Virus record (IMG/VR): IMGVR_UViG_3300028048_003180 | Location: 44,710-108,709 of that record | Origin: a virus | Lineage: Duplodnaviria; Caudoviricetes | Strand: one strand, 5' to 3' | Length of the DNA stretch: 64,000 bases | In this document: positions 39,432 through 48,596 of the stretch, piece by piece | Numbering within the stretch: the first letter of the stretch is position 1 | Layout of the letters: each line of letters begins with the position of its first letter | The notes under the pieces: model-generated | What the model saw: only the letters and a program-made list of their open reading frames with translations | Database searches by the model: none | Told to the model about the DNA's origin: nothing | Position numbers and translations under genes: made by a program

Positions 39432-40919
39432 CTAAAGTTCAACAGGAAGCTTTCCGAACAGGGCAAGGGATTCCTTGACTTCCTGTGATGAAACCTTATC
39501 CTGAAGGAACAAGGAATTGGCGTTCTTTATGTCAAGCAATGTCTGTGCAACCTTCATTACATTTGCTACAGCCCGTGCAGACAGGTCGCCAATCCTTGAG
39601 AATGTCTCACGTGCCCCATCATCAAGCCTCACAAACTTATCCGCTTCGACAATCGAAAGCTGGCCGTTCAGCTTGCCCTGTCTTGCGAGCTGAATTTCCC
39701 ATGCGCCCTTTACCATGCTCCTCATGCGCTCAAGTGTCATGTTCTCGGCCTGCAACGGATTGTTCATGTCGTAGCGGATTGCAATCCTGTCAAGGAGCGG
39801 GCCGCCAAACTTCTTCCAGTACTGTTCGATTGACCTTGCAGAGCAAAGGCACATCCTGTCCTTCACTCCATAGTTCCCGCAAGGACAAGGATTTGCTGCC
39901 ATCACAAGCTGGAACTCTGCGGGGAATGTTGTACTCCTGCCCGCTCTGCATAGCGTTATCCGACCAGATTCTACAGGGACACGGAGCATCTGCAAGACAC
40001 TGGAGCGGAACTCTGCGGCTTCGTCAAGAAACAGAACACCGTTGTGGGCAAGGCTTATCTCGCCAGCCTTTACACTTGCACCGCCTCCGCACATACCTTC
40101 AATCGTTGCAGTCTGGTGCGGCATACGGAAAGGCCTTGTATGGTTTACAACACAGTCCATTCCGCTCAAGCCTGTCAGTGAGTAGATTCTGTTGACTGTC
40201 GGAATCTCATCCTTTGTGAGCTTGGGCAGAAGCTCCGGCATGTGTTGCAATGTCAGTGTCTTTCCGCAACCAGGTGCGCCATAGGCAAGCAGATTATGAC
40301 GGCCAGAGACAGCAACTGCCATTGCGTACTTCAAGCCGTCAAGACCTCCGATTGTGTCAAGGTTGTCTTCGGGTATACTTGCAAACTCAATGCCAGAATC
40401 ATGGCTTTCACTGTGCTCGGTGAATCCTTCAAGGGAAAGGAGGTGTTCAAATGCCTCCTTGAGTGTCCCTATCCTTGCAACCTTTATCCCTTCCGGGTAA
40501 TCAGCGTTCATGGAGTAAGGTACGATTGCATACTTGATGCCGTTCTCAACTGCCGTCTGCAATGCGGCTGATATTCCCCTTACGGATTGTGCTGTTCCGT
40601 CCTGACACAGCCCGCCCATTACAAGAACTTTTTCCGAGACGGTGCCGTTCTTTTCTGCAAGGATTGCTAGGGCGATTGCAAGCTCAAAGTCTGGGCCTTC
40701 CTTCTTCAAGTCAGCAGGTGAAAGGCTTATAAGAACCCTCTCTGCGGGGAACTCAAACCCACTGTTGATGATTGCAGAGCGTACACGCTCACGGCTTTCT
40801 CTGACAAAACCATCTGCAAGCCCTACAATGTCAACTGCCGGGATTCCTCGTCTTAAATCAACCTCAACGTTTACCAAAGAACCATCATACCCAAACGGGC
40901 TAAATGAATAGATCGCCAT
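39432..40919 (-). CDS. comM: ComM/YifB Mg-chelatase-like AAA+ ATPase
   Basis: VEVDL..G.P...IVGL, LSPADLKKEG, GAPGCGKT, RPFRMPH, GEISLAHNGVLFLDE, NPCPCG, GPLLDRI. Confidence 0.92.
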   Translation of the reverse strand: MAIYSFSPFGYDGSLVNVEVDLRRGIPAVDIVGLADGFVRESRERVRSAIINSGFEFPAERVLISLSPADLKKEGPDFELAIALAILAEKNGTVSEKVLVMGGLCQDGTAQSVRGISAALQTAVENGIKYAIVPYSMNADYPEGIKVARIGTLKEAFEHLLSLEGFTEHSESHDSGIEFASIPEDNLDTIGGLDGLKYAMAVAVSGRHNLLAYGAPGCGKTLTLQHMPELLPKLTKDEIPTVNRIYSLTGLSGMDCVVNHTRPFRMPHQTATIEGMCGGGASVKAGEISLAHNGVLFLDEAAEFRSSVLQMLRVPVESGRITLCRAGRSTTFPAEFQLVMAANPCPCGNYGVKDRMCLCSARSIEQYWKKFGGPLLDRIAIRYDMNNPLQAENMTLERMRSMVKGAWEIQLARQGKLNGQLSIVEADKFVRLDDGARETFSRIGDLSARAVANVMKVAQTLLDIKNANSLFLQDKVSSQEVKESLALFGKLPVEL

Positions 40920-41083
40920 AATTATTCCTCCTCTTATTTGAAACTAAGGTAGACAGTCTCATTGCTTCTTTTAGCTTTTTCTCTGCGGATAAAGCAGTCC
41001 AAAGCGCCATCGAGATTGTCAAAATAATCAACAAATGAAAGGCTGCAAGACCCTTTGCATACCCCATATACGCTGACCAACAT

Positions 41084-41410
41084 TTATGAATTCTCCTTCA
41101 TTGGCATAATCTCTATATGCTCTGCGACAACAACAACCTTTGAGTATTCCTTGCCGTCAGCATCCTTCCAACGCTTCTGCTTAAGGCGGCCAACTATACG
41201 GATTCCCTGTCCTATTTTTGCGGTACTGGCAAGCACCCCTGTGTTTCCCCATGCCTCAACGTCAAAGTAGGACTTCTCCTCTTCGAGCTTGCCGTCCGCC
41301 GTTTTATACATACGGCTTGTTGACATTGTGAATGTTGTAACGGCAACCAAAGGGTTCACATCGATGTGCTCAACGTTTCCTTCCAGAATGAGTTGATTCA
41401 ACATATTCAT
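41084..41410 (-). CDS. ssb: SSB paralogue without acidic tail
   Basis: LN.LILEGN, EE.SYFDVEAWG, IRIVGRLKQ.RW.D..G..YSKV.VVAEHIE. Confidence 0.85.
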   Translation of the reverse strand: MNMLNQLILEGNVEHIDVNPLVAVTTFTMSTSRMYKTADGKLEEEKSYFDVEAWGNTGVLASTAKIGQGIRIVGRLKQKRWKDADGKEYSKVVVVAEHIEIMPMKENS

Positions 41411-41424
41411 AAAATACCTCCAAT

Positions 41425-41450
41425 AAAAAAGACCGCCATAATCAGCGGTC
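41425..41450 (-). terminator. Rho-independent terminator
   Basis: gaccgc..gcggtc followed by T6 on minus strand. Confidence 0.7.
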
Positions 41451-41507
41451 TAAATGATTCCGTGTTATGTGTCTTGTCATTGAAAACAACAAGTTTGTAA
41501 TAGACCA

Positions 41508-42188
41508 TCACGCCACCTCCAATTTATGCGTAGGGATATATTTTTCGCCGTCATACTCATAATCCCAAAGTGACCAGTCTTCCTCACTCTGCAAGGTGAC
41601 GTTCGGGGAAAACCGCTCATACTCGCTTTCAAGGACTGAATACTCGACATCCTCAAAGTCGATGAACTTCAGAAGATACCACTCAATCATAATGTCAATG
41701 AGGTTGTCCTTGTCCTTGCCGTGTTTGTAGTCCCACTCGAACTGAACCACATTGTTGGGTATGAATGACCAGAAGCCGTCCCGGTCTGACCAATACTTAG
41801 AAAGGTACTTGTCAAATTCCTCGCGGCAAGTTTTCCAGCAGTATTCCTTCAGCCTGTTGAGGTTTACGTCTACGCTGAACTGAATCTTGTCAGTAGTGAA
41901 GTTGTATTCCTTTGGAGACTTCATTCCGCAATACTTGCCGATTTTAAGGCCAAGAGGGTTGTCATGGTCTGCATACCTTGAGTTTTCAAGAGCGTCAGCC
42001 ATATTGGAAACCCATTGTTCGCAAGTTTCCTTGCAGTATTTTTGAAACCCTCCATCCACAAATTCCCAGCAAAAGCCTTCGGGAAGTTCGCCATTATTGA
42101 AACAATACAATTTGTCTGAATCGTAAAGGATGGATTCATAGAACCCAGGGAACACCCTGTAGCTAAAATTTTCATAAACCTTTTTCAT
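41508..42188 (-). CDS. Acidic/aromatic phage early protein (FPGFY...SPKEYNFTTD type)
   Basis: 226 aa; recognisable phage motif; function unknown. Confidence 0.7.
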   Translation of the reverse strand: MKKVYENFSYRVFPGFYESILYDSDKLYCFNNGELPEGFCWEFVDGGFQKYCKETCEQWVSNMADALENSRYADHDNPLGLKIGKYCGMKSPKEYNFTTDKIQFSVDVNLNRLKEYCWKTCREEFDKYLSKYWSDRDGFWSFIPNNVVQFEWDYKHGKDKDNLIDIMIEWYLLKFIDFEDVEYSVLESEYERFSPNVTLQSEEDWSLWDYEYDGEKYIPTHKLEVA

Positions 42189-42191
42189 AAT

Positions 42192-42398
42192 TTACCCCCA
42201 GGCCTTCTCGCCTTCCATGAACCTTGCCCCAAAGCACCAGTAAGTTTTTGTCTTTGGGACAGCCACAACGTCATAACATTCAGAGGGGATGGCAAACTGC
42301 CTTGCCTCCCTCTCTGTGTAAAGTTCCCTTCCGATAAGAATGGAGCCGTCGCTCCTGGCCTTCTGGTCAAAGCACGGCTTTATTCTCAGGTACTTCAT
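42192..42398 (-). CDS. Hypothetical protein
   Basis: 68 aa; ELYTERE...TYW.FGARF. Confidence 0.65.
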   Translation of the reverse strand: MKYLRIKPCFDQKARSDGSILIGRELYTEREARQFAIPSECYDVVAVPKTKTYWCFGARFMEGEKAWG

Positions 42399-42742
42399 CA
42401 GTCAGCCCCCTTTAGGTAAGCATCCTGTATGTCATCGTTGTAGCAGGGACACGGGACGCTTTCCCATAGTGTTCCCCAGTGGTCAACGCAGAGTACATAC
42501 AGATCCAGCATTTCGGAATACGTGAAGAGCAGGCCGAAGGACTTTTCCAGGTACTCAACGTCGTCTTCCGAAGCGTCCGTCAAGAACCATTGATAAATTT
42601 CCTTGACGTTTCCTTCTTCGTCTTCAAAGTCAAAGCGGAAATTGTCATAGATGGATTGATCAATCTTCCCAATGTCATTGCAGAGAATCAAAGAGTTGTG
42701 GAGCCAGTGAGCGGCCGTGTAGTAGTTTGTCATTCTTTCCAT
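42398..42742 (-). CDS. Acidic early protein (YQWF..D...DHWGT.W type), possible anti-restriction
   Basis: Strongly acidic, 114 aa; function is inference. Confidence 0.6.
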   Translation of the reverse strand: MERMTNYYTAAHWLHNSLILCNDIGKIDQSIYDNFRFDFEDEEGNVKEIYQWFLTDASEDDVEYLEKSFGLLFTYSEMLDLYVLCVDHWGTLWESVPCPCYNDDIQDAYLKGAD

Positions 42743-43102
42743 TTTCTATCCCCTTAATATTCTTATGTAAGTTATGTTTCCAAAGTCAGCAATAGCATTT
42801 CTCACCCAGTTGTTGAAGTCATCCCTGTCGGAGAAATCATCTGTTATTGCAGTGCCGTTTTCAAACTCGACTGTAAATTCCATGCCTAAGCCTCCATTGC
42901 GTCTTCTATGGTTAGATTCCTTGTATTGATAAAAAGGACAAGTACCTTTTCCCCATTCTTATAAAAGTTGTGAACTATATCTCCACTAAGCGTTGACTTT
43001 GAAAGCCTCCAGTTTCTGCTGAATAGCAGCTGGTGTGCCAAGAGAAATTTGCAACCTTTAAGACATGCCATAATTACACCTCCTGTTTAGTGTTCTGGGC
43101 AT

Positions 43103-43133
43103 AAAAAAAGCCGCCCGGTTTTTCCAGACGGCT
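43103..43133 (-). terminator. Terminator followed by ATGCCC
   Basis: agccgtc..ggcggct plus T-run. Confidence 0.7.
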
Positions 43134-43493
43134 AAAACAATAGATTTTCAACTGTTTCGATGTACTCTTCGGGAATGTCTCCCCATGAAATGTCATACAT
43201 TTGAAACCTCCTTCAAAAGATAATAGGCTATTGTAACGATGCTCCAGACCAGGGCACCTACAAGAATTGTTATGTTCATATTAAACCTCCCGTAAACCCG
43301 AACCTTGCGTCCTCGACCTTTGAATTGTAGAAGGCATCCGCCTCTACTTCCGAATATCCGTTGCTTCTGAACACCCTTGCAACGTCTGCAAAAGGCATTT
43401 TAAGAACCTGCCAAACATACATTTTTCCCTTCCTTCCAGTATTCATGCACTGGACAGAACACACGGAAAACCATGCGCTCTGCTTAGGGCATG

Positions 43494-43518
43494 AAAAAAG
43501 CCGCCCTTGCGGACGGCT
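43494..43518 (-). terminator. Terminator followed by ATGCCC
   Basis: agccgtcc..gggcggct plus T-run. Confidence 0.75.
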
Positions 43519-43540
43519 CAAAAAGCGGGAACTTACAAAG

Positions 43541-43801
43541 CTACTCGACAAACTTTATAGTTTTTTCCGGTTCTCCGTAGACAGGGACTATAAGCATTGG
43601 GACTGGGGAATGTTCCTTGTTTTCCGTACTGTCGCCTTCAAAAAGGTGTGTTTCCCTATAAGCAATCTTGTTTTTTTCTACGCCAAACTTTTCCTTAATC
43701 AGAGAAAACATCTGTTCTTCAGATTCTACCCATGCAAAGCATTCGTGAAGTTTTTTGTCTTTGCCAAAATATGCCGTAAATGTTCTAACTGTTGCGCTCA
43801 T
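43541..43801 (-). CDS. Hypothetical protein
   Basis: 86 aa with SD. Confidence 0.6.
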   Translation of the reverse strand: MSATVRTFTAYFGKDKKLHECFAWVESEEQMFSLIKEKFGVEKNKIAYRETHLFEGDSTENKEHSPVPMLIVPVYGEPEKTIKFVE

Positions 43802-43812
43802 AACAACACCCC

Positions 43813-44004
43813 CTATTGATTTTTCCTTTTCATTGATTCCAAAACAAGCCTGGCATAACTACCATTCTTGATTGCTCGATTTTTCAAAGTGATTGAAAGT
43901 TCGTAGCGGTCAACGCCCTGCACGTTTTCCATTGCCTTCTTGAAATTATCCCACACTGTTTCAATATCGGCAAGTGTCTTTGCCAATTTTACGTCATTAG
44001 CCAT
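43813..44004 (-). CDS. Hypothetical protein
   Basis: 63 aa behind a conserved leader hairpin. Confidence 0.6.
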   Translation of the reverse strand: MANDVKLAKTLADIETVWDNFKKAMENVQGVDRYELSITLKNRAIKNGSYARLVLESMKRKNQ

Positions 44005-44080
44005 ATAAGCCTTCCTTCCAGTATTTCATGCACTGGATTAGACACACAAAGCAAAAGCCTTGTATGTCCGTTCAGGGCAT

Positions 44081-44108
44081 AAAAAAACCGCCCATTGCAG
44101 GCGGTTTT
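44081..44108 (-). terminator. Terminator followed by ATGCCC
   Basis: aaccgcc..ggcggtt plus T-run. Confidence 0.75.
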
Positions 44109-44126
44109 GATTGCGGAAACACCCCA

Positions 44127-44747
44127 TTAAGCAACATTAGCTTCCTTGATTGCAAGGGCTTTAAGAGCGTCAATGGTCTTGTTGAGGATTGCGGAAACGT
44201 CTGCATTGTCTGTTTTTGCCAATTCGGAAACTTTGCCGATAATGCGGTCAAGCTCGGAAACTTTAGGTTCGGGCAAATCCGCCTCTTCCAGAATGTCCGC
44301 AATCTGGGAATCCGCCTGTTTTGAAGTCTTGGGCGCAACAGGTTCAGCAGGCACAATCTGGATAAGGTTAGGCACAAATTCACGGAAAACAAGGTTAAGC
44401 TGACGTGTAGACTTATTCTCGATAACCTCGGCCATAAGCAAACCTTCCTTAAAGGAAAGCTCACCTGTTGCAACTTTTGCATAGAACAGGCGCAGAGCGT
44501 TTGAAACGTCGGACGGTGAGAACATGTCCGATGCTGTAAATGTGCCTTTTCCGTTCCATCGACTTGCAACACGGCCAAAGAACTTTGAAAGCGGAATCTG
44601 AACACCCTTTGACGCACTGGACATCATAACACCCACAAGAATTTCCACTTTGCGGGAAACTTTAGACGGCATTTTATATTCTTTGGTGCCGTAATCCAAA
44701 GCACGTGTACTTTCGCCATAAGTCTTATAAAGGTCTTTTACGTTCAT
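44127..44747 (-). CDS. Hypothetical protein (206 aa)
   Basis: Start MNVKDLYK after AGGGGG; codon usage typical of a highly expressed gene. Confidence 0.7.
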   Translation of the reverse strand: MNVKDLYKTYGESTRALDYGTKEYKMPSKVSRKVEILVGVMMSSASKGVQIPLSKFFGRVASRWNGKGTFTASDMFSPSDVSNALRLFYAKVATGELSFKEGLLMAEVIENKSTRQLNLVFREFVPNLIQIVPAEPVAPKTSKQADSQIADILEEADLPEPKVSELDRIIGKVSELAKTDNADVSAILNKTIDALKALAIKEANVA

Positions 44748-44768
44748 AATAGAACCCCCTAAAATAAA

Positions 44769-45490
44769 ATAAGCCTTCCATACAGAAGGCTTATATACCC
44801 TACCCAAGAATTGAACTTGGGAACGCTTGCTAGACGTCATTGTGCCGTTAAGGGTACTATATGCAAGAACTGAATAACTTGCTTGCGGCAGATACAGAAA
44901 ACTTCTATATCCCGCTGATAGTCAGTTTTTAACCGTAGTTGCTTGCTTTTAGTCCGTAGACGTGAAAAATTTGGGAACAAAGCATAACCCATAAACTTAT
45001 AAGTTCTTACCACCCTTCCAAAACTCACCATAACGCATCGTGCAGAATACGGCTTGCAATCCATCCCTTAGTGGGTACACCTTATAAGAGTTTGTTTAGT
45101 GTCCAGTTCACTTATCAAAAATCTTTTGTTAGGCTGGAAAAATCTTTAACCACTCTAGGGAGTAATTCTAAGAATTACGCGGAATTCCTAGACACTTGCC
45201 TAAAGTTTTCGATTCAAGGGCGCTTTAATGCGCTATTACAGTGGTTAAACGGTTCACTGTTGCCGTTATGTGCTTGTTAACACCTTTTACAAGATGCCCA
45301 CTTTTCAACGCGCTAACACTCACAAGCGCGGATTTTTTCAACTATCAGCTTTTCTGCTGATGCGCCTTTACATCTACCGATAGCGCAATGGTAGTTACTA
45401 CATAAGGCATTTTTTATACTGATTACCCATTCAGTATCTAGGTTTTAATCCCTAGGTTTTGACGCTTAAATAAAATCTTTTAAGCGTCTA
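44769..45490. ncRNA. Candidate large structured non-coding element
   Basis: More than 12 stems in about 720 nt with no credible ORF. Confidence 0.5.
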
Positions 45491-45513
45491 ATCTAAAGAC
45501 TAATTTTTTCATA

Positions 45514-45726
45514 CTACTGTAAATCCCTTATATATCCGCCAATATCATTGGTATTAAAGTTTTCAAACTCAACACCATTTAAGTAAGTTACCACTTCAAA
45601 CTTGCTTTTATAGTTATTCCAATCACCCTTAGCAAACTGTAAATACATTCCTTCTTCTGAAAGAAGTTTATAACCGTTATTCAACATCATGTCTTTAATC
45701 TCTTCATTGTTCATAGTCTTATTCAT
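45514..45726 (-). CDS. Hypothetical protein, first gene of the leftward early operon
   Basis: 70 aa; AAGGGG SD. Confidence 0.6.
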   Translation of the reverse strand: MNKTMNNEEIKDMMLNNGYKLLSEEGMYLQFAKGDWNNYKSKFEVVTYLNGVEFENFNTNDIGGYIRDLQ

Positions 45727-45787
45727 AGTCTTTACCCCTTGTCTTTCAATCTCTTTTGGCTTGCCCTTGCGCTTGCCTTATGGTTAT

Positions 45788-45816
45788 AATATACCATGTA
45801 TTAACATGGTATGCAA
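45788..45816 (-). promoter_or_regulatory. Promoter TTGCAT-17-TATATT overlapped by palindromic operator ATACCATGT-N4-ACATGGTAT
   Basis: 9-bp arms at 45791-45799 and 45804-45812. Confidence 0.65.
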
Positions 45817-46237
45817 TAGCAAAAATATTTTATTTAGGATATACCCCCGGGAGGGGAGTTTTGGCCGGGGTGGAGGGACTTACCCCCGAGAATATTTTTT
45901 CAGATTTTCGGCCAAAAAACTTTAGTACAATTAAAGAAACTTTAGTATTTATAAAGTATACGTAATATAAGAAGGGATATAATAGTATCTTGTATATGGT
46001 TAAGGTTGTAAAATATAATATAAATACATGGTAATCTATAAGGTTTCTTATCTGATTCGATGTAGAAACGGTGTAGATTATAAGTGGTAGTTTGTATACT
46101 CCCTCTAGGGGAAAAATGTACTCTCTTTAGTTATTTTACAAGTAGGTACATGGAAATTTATATAAATTATGTATTTTTCGATGTATTTTTCTTGATTTTT
46201 ACACAAAGAAGCATTATATTATAAGAGAGAGGTGCTT

Positions 46238-46864
46238 ATGGAATGCAAAGATTATAAGGATTGTATTGATTTTTCCCCGCTTAAAGTGACGCTTGCGGCA
46301 AAGGGTTTTACCCGTAAAGCCTTGGCGGAAATGGCGGGTACTCAGGATTATGTAATCAATAATTACATAGCTGGCAGGACGTTTCCTGACACTGAGAAGC
46401 TGGCAAAGTTATGTGCAGCCCTTCAATGTTCTGTTGATAAGGTTGTCCGTTTTAGTGGTTATGACATAAAGGATAGGTTCAAAACCCCTTGGGATGGTTA
46501 TGGGGCTCCTAGATGGAATTGTCTTACTTATGAGCCGTTAAGGATGCTTTTTATAAATGTTTATAAGGATGATTGGGTAAATAAGTTGACAGAGTTCTAC
46601 GAGAAAATTCCCCGTCCTGAAATGTCAAGTGAAAAGAAAGAAGCTATAGAAAAAATGAAGCAGGCAAAAGCTGCTTTAATACAGGAAAAGATTGAAAAGG
46701 GGGAATATAAAGGGGCTAAGAATAATTACAGGACTACCGGGGTTGGCTTACTTTTTGAGATTCGTACAAAGATTTCTCAAGACAAACCCATTCCCCTTCC
46801 CCGTCTCTACGACATCTGCAAGGCCCTTCATTGTACCCCAGACTGGGTTATGACGTACAACTAG
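46238..46864 (+). CDS. Regulator with two Cro/C1-type HTH domains
   Basis: LAKLCAALQCSVDKVV and LYDICKALHCTPDWVM. Confidence 0.8.
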   Translation: MECKDYKDCIDFSPLKVTLAAKGFTRKALAEMAGTQDYVINNYIAGRTFPDTEKLAKLCAALQCSVDKVVRFSGYDIKDRFKTPWDGYGAPRWNCLTYEPLRMLFINVYKDDWVNKLTEFYEKIPRPEMSSEKKEAIEKMKQAKAALIQEKIEKGEYKGAKNNYRTTGVGLLFEIRTKISQDKPIPLPRLYDICKALHCTPDWVMTYN

Positions 46865-46874
46865 GAGGCTTTGT

Positions 46875-47105
46875 ATGGCGTACATAGTGAAGGTTGGGAG
46901 CCAGTATGTAGGTATTGCCCGCAACACAGGGTTCCTTAGCGGGAGGGAGGTTGTGATAAGGGGCGGGTATGAGCTTGTTGACAGTCTGGACAAGGCCGAG
47001 CCGATTGAAAGGCTGGAAGAGGCCGTACAATGTGCGGAGTTCTATGCAGGAATGGAGGCTCCTGACGGGAGCTTTCCGGGAACAAGCGTTTTAGAATACC
47101 ATTGA
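46875..47105 (+). CDS. Hypothetical protein
   Basis: AGGAGG SD. Confidence 0.55.
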   Translation: MAYIVKVGSQYVGIARNTGFLSGREVVIRGGYELVDSLDKAEPIERLEEAVQCAEFYAGMEAPDGSFPGTSVLEYH

Positions 47106-47125
47106 TTATACAGAGAGGTGCTGAT

Positions 47126-47326
47126 ATGAACGAAAACGAAAACGAAAACGAAAAGGAAGAATCTTCTCATAGGCCCTGTTTTGACAGAGAGGGGTTTATC
47201 AAGTTCTGGAATGAAAACTTTTCTGGAAAGTATGGGGATGCTGACCATGCGGAGGAGCCTTATTTTTCGATAGCTAGGGAAGCTTACGACGAAGGATATA
47301 ACTCATGTTTTGAGTATTATGTATAG
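47126..47326 (+). CDS. Hypothetical protein with (AACGAA)4 repeat encoding NENENENE
   Basis: GAGGTG SD. Confidence 0.5.
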   Translation: MNENENENEKEESSHRPCFDREGFIKFWNENFSGKYGDADHAEEPYFSIAREAYDEGYNSCFEYYV

Positions 47327-47341
47327 GTTTAGAGGTGCATT

Positions 47342-47758
47342 ATGAATTACAAGAAAAGAAAGGAAGACGTTGCAGTGTGCGACGACGTTGAGCTCATGGA
47401 GCAGGTCTGGCTGCAGAACAAGAAGACTGAGAAGGTCTTTGAGGAGGAGGTCTGCTCTGACGCTGCAAAGGAAGGCTACAGGCTCGTCGAGAGGATGGAG
47501 ATGTACAACAACAGGATTGCCCTGTACACTATCGTCGCAAGGTTTGAGGATTCCAAGGGCAACAATGCGTTCGTAGCGTCTGACGACGCGGGGATCAAGT
47601 TCTGGAACAAGGGTACCTTCGAGGTCTGCAAGGCACTCTTTGACAAGGCACTTGCGGAGGCCAGGAGTTTCTGGGGGACTGCCGACGGGCATCCTGCGAA
47701 TGACGCCGTTTGCGAGAAGTTCAAGATATTCCTTAAGGAGAAGGGCGAAAGCATTTAG
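47342..47758 (+). CDS. Hypothetical protein
   Basis: 138 aa with SD. Confidence 0.65.
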   Translation: MNYKKRKEDVAVCDDVELMEQVWLQNKKTEKVFEEEVCSDAAKEGYRLVERMEMYNNRIALYTIVARFEDSKGNNAFVASDDAGIKFWNKGTFEVCKALFDKALAEARSFWGTADGHPANDAVCEKFKIFLKEKGESI

Positions 47759-48564
47759 AGCTGCACGCTCTTGAGGAAGTCCTCTATGAACTCCCTGTTG
47801 ATTCCTGACGTGGAGTTGTAGAAGTTGTCAACGATGGTGAGGTAGTTTACGGGCATCTTGCCGTCTGTCTGGACCTTGTTGCGTATCTCCGTGTCGATTT
47901 TCGTAACAAGGTCTCCCATTTCCTTCTTTATTGCGCTGTATTCCCTGTACATTGCGAGGGTGGAGAACATCATCTCCTCTGCGAAGGAGGTGAGCCCCTT
48001 GCAGACTTTTGAAAGGTCTTCATACGGTGCGAGGAACTCGTACCAGTTTATCCTTACGAACTCCCTGAATATGTCGGCTATGCGCTCGTAGTTCAGCTTC
48101 GCGAGCGTCCTGAGCTCATCGTCGGTCTTGTCGAACAGGTGGTTCCTCTCGTATATCGTCATTGCAAAGCCGAACAGCCTCGCCTTTACCAGCTCCATCA
48201 GCATCGGGAACACCGATACGGTCATCTCCCTTGCGACGGAGTTTGTCTTCTTCAGCATCGGTATGTATTCTGCAGTGAGCCTGTTTATGTACTGGGACAG
48301 GTGGGTGTTCGTAGTCCACTTTGCCTTGTCGTGGAGGTCCTTCTTTGCCTCTGAAAGCTCGTCGTTCAGCTTGTACTTGAAGTCTGCGTACTCGGTCACT
48401 ATCTTTACGATGGCCGAGTTCTTGGACAGGCTTATCTCCTTGTCCCCGGCTTTTATGGCGAGCCCGTTGACCCTCACTATCTTGTAGAGTATGAAGCCGA
48501 CCACCCCGGTTATTATTGTAAGGAATGCCCATCCGTAAATGGGGAGCTGAGAGAGAGAGTCCAT
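47755..48564 (-). CDS. N-terminally anchored membrane protein (possible holin/lysis accessory)
   Basis: Single TM followed by helical domain; preceded by A-tract promoter. Confidence 0.6.
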   Translation of the reverse strand: MDSLSQLPIYGWAFLTIITGVVGFILYKIVRVNGLAIKAGDKEISLSKNSAIVKIVTEYADFKYKLNDELSEAKKDLHDKAKWTTNTHLSQYINRLTAEYIPMLKKTNSVAREMTVSVFPMLMELVKARLFGFAMTIYERNHLFDKTDDELRTLAKLNYERIADIFREFVRINWYEFLAPYEDLSKVCKGLTSFAEEMMFSTLAMYREYSAIKKEMGDLVTKIDTEIRNKVQTDGKMPVNYLTIVDNFYNSTSGINREFIEDFLKSVQL

Positions 48565-48596
48565 TGATGCCGCCTCCGGTTAATATTCTGGACTCT

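Noticed and set aside
44837-45280. ORFs 44837-45064 (minus) and 45071-45280 (plus)
   Set aside because: No convincing SD, atypical composition, and they overlap the dense hairpin region.
47129-47152. Phase-variable microsatellite (AACGAA)4
   Set aside because: A hexamer unit keeps the reading frame and there are only four copies.
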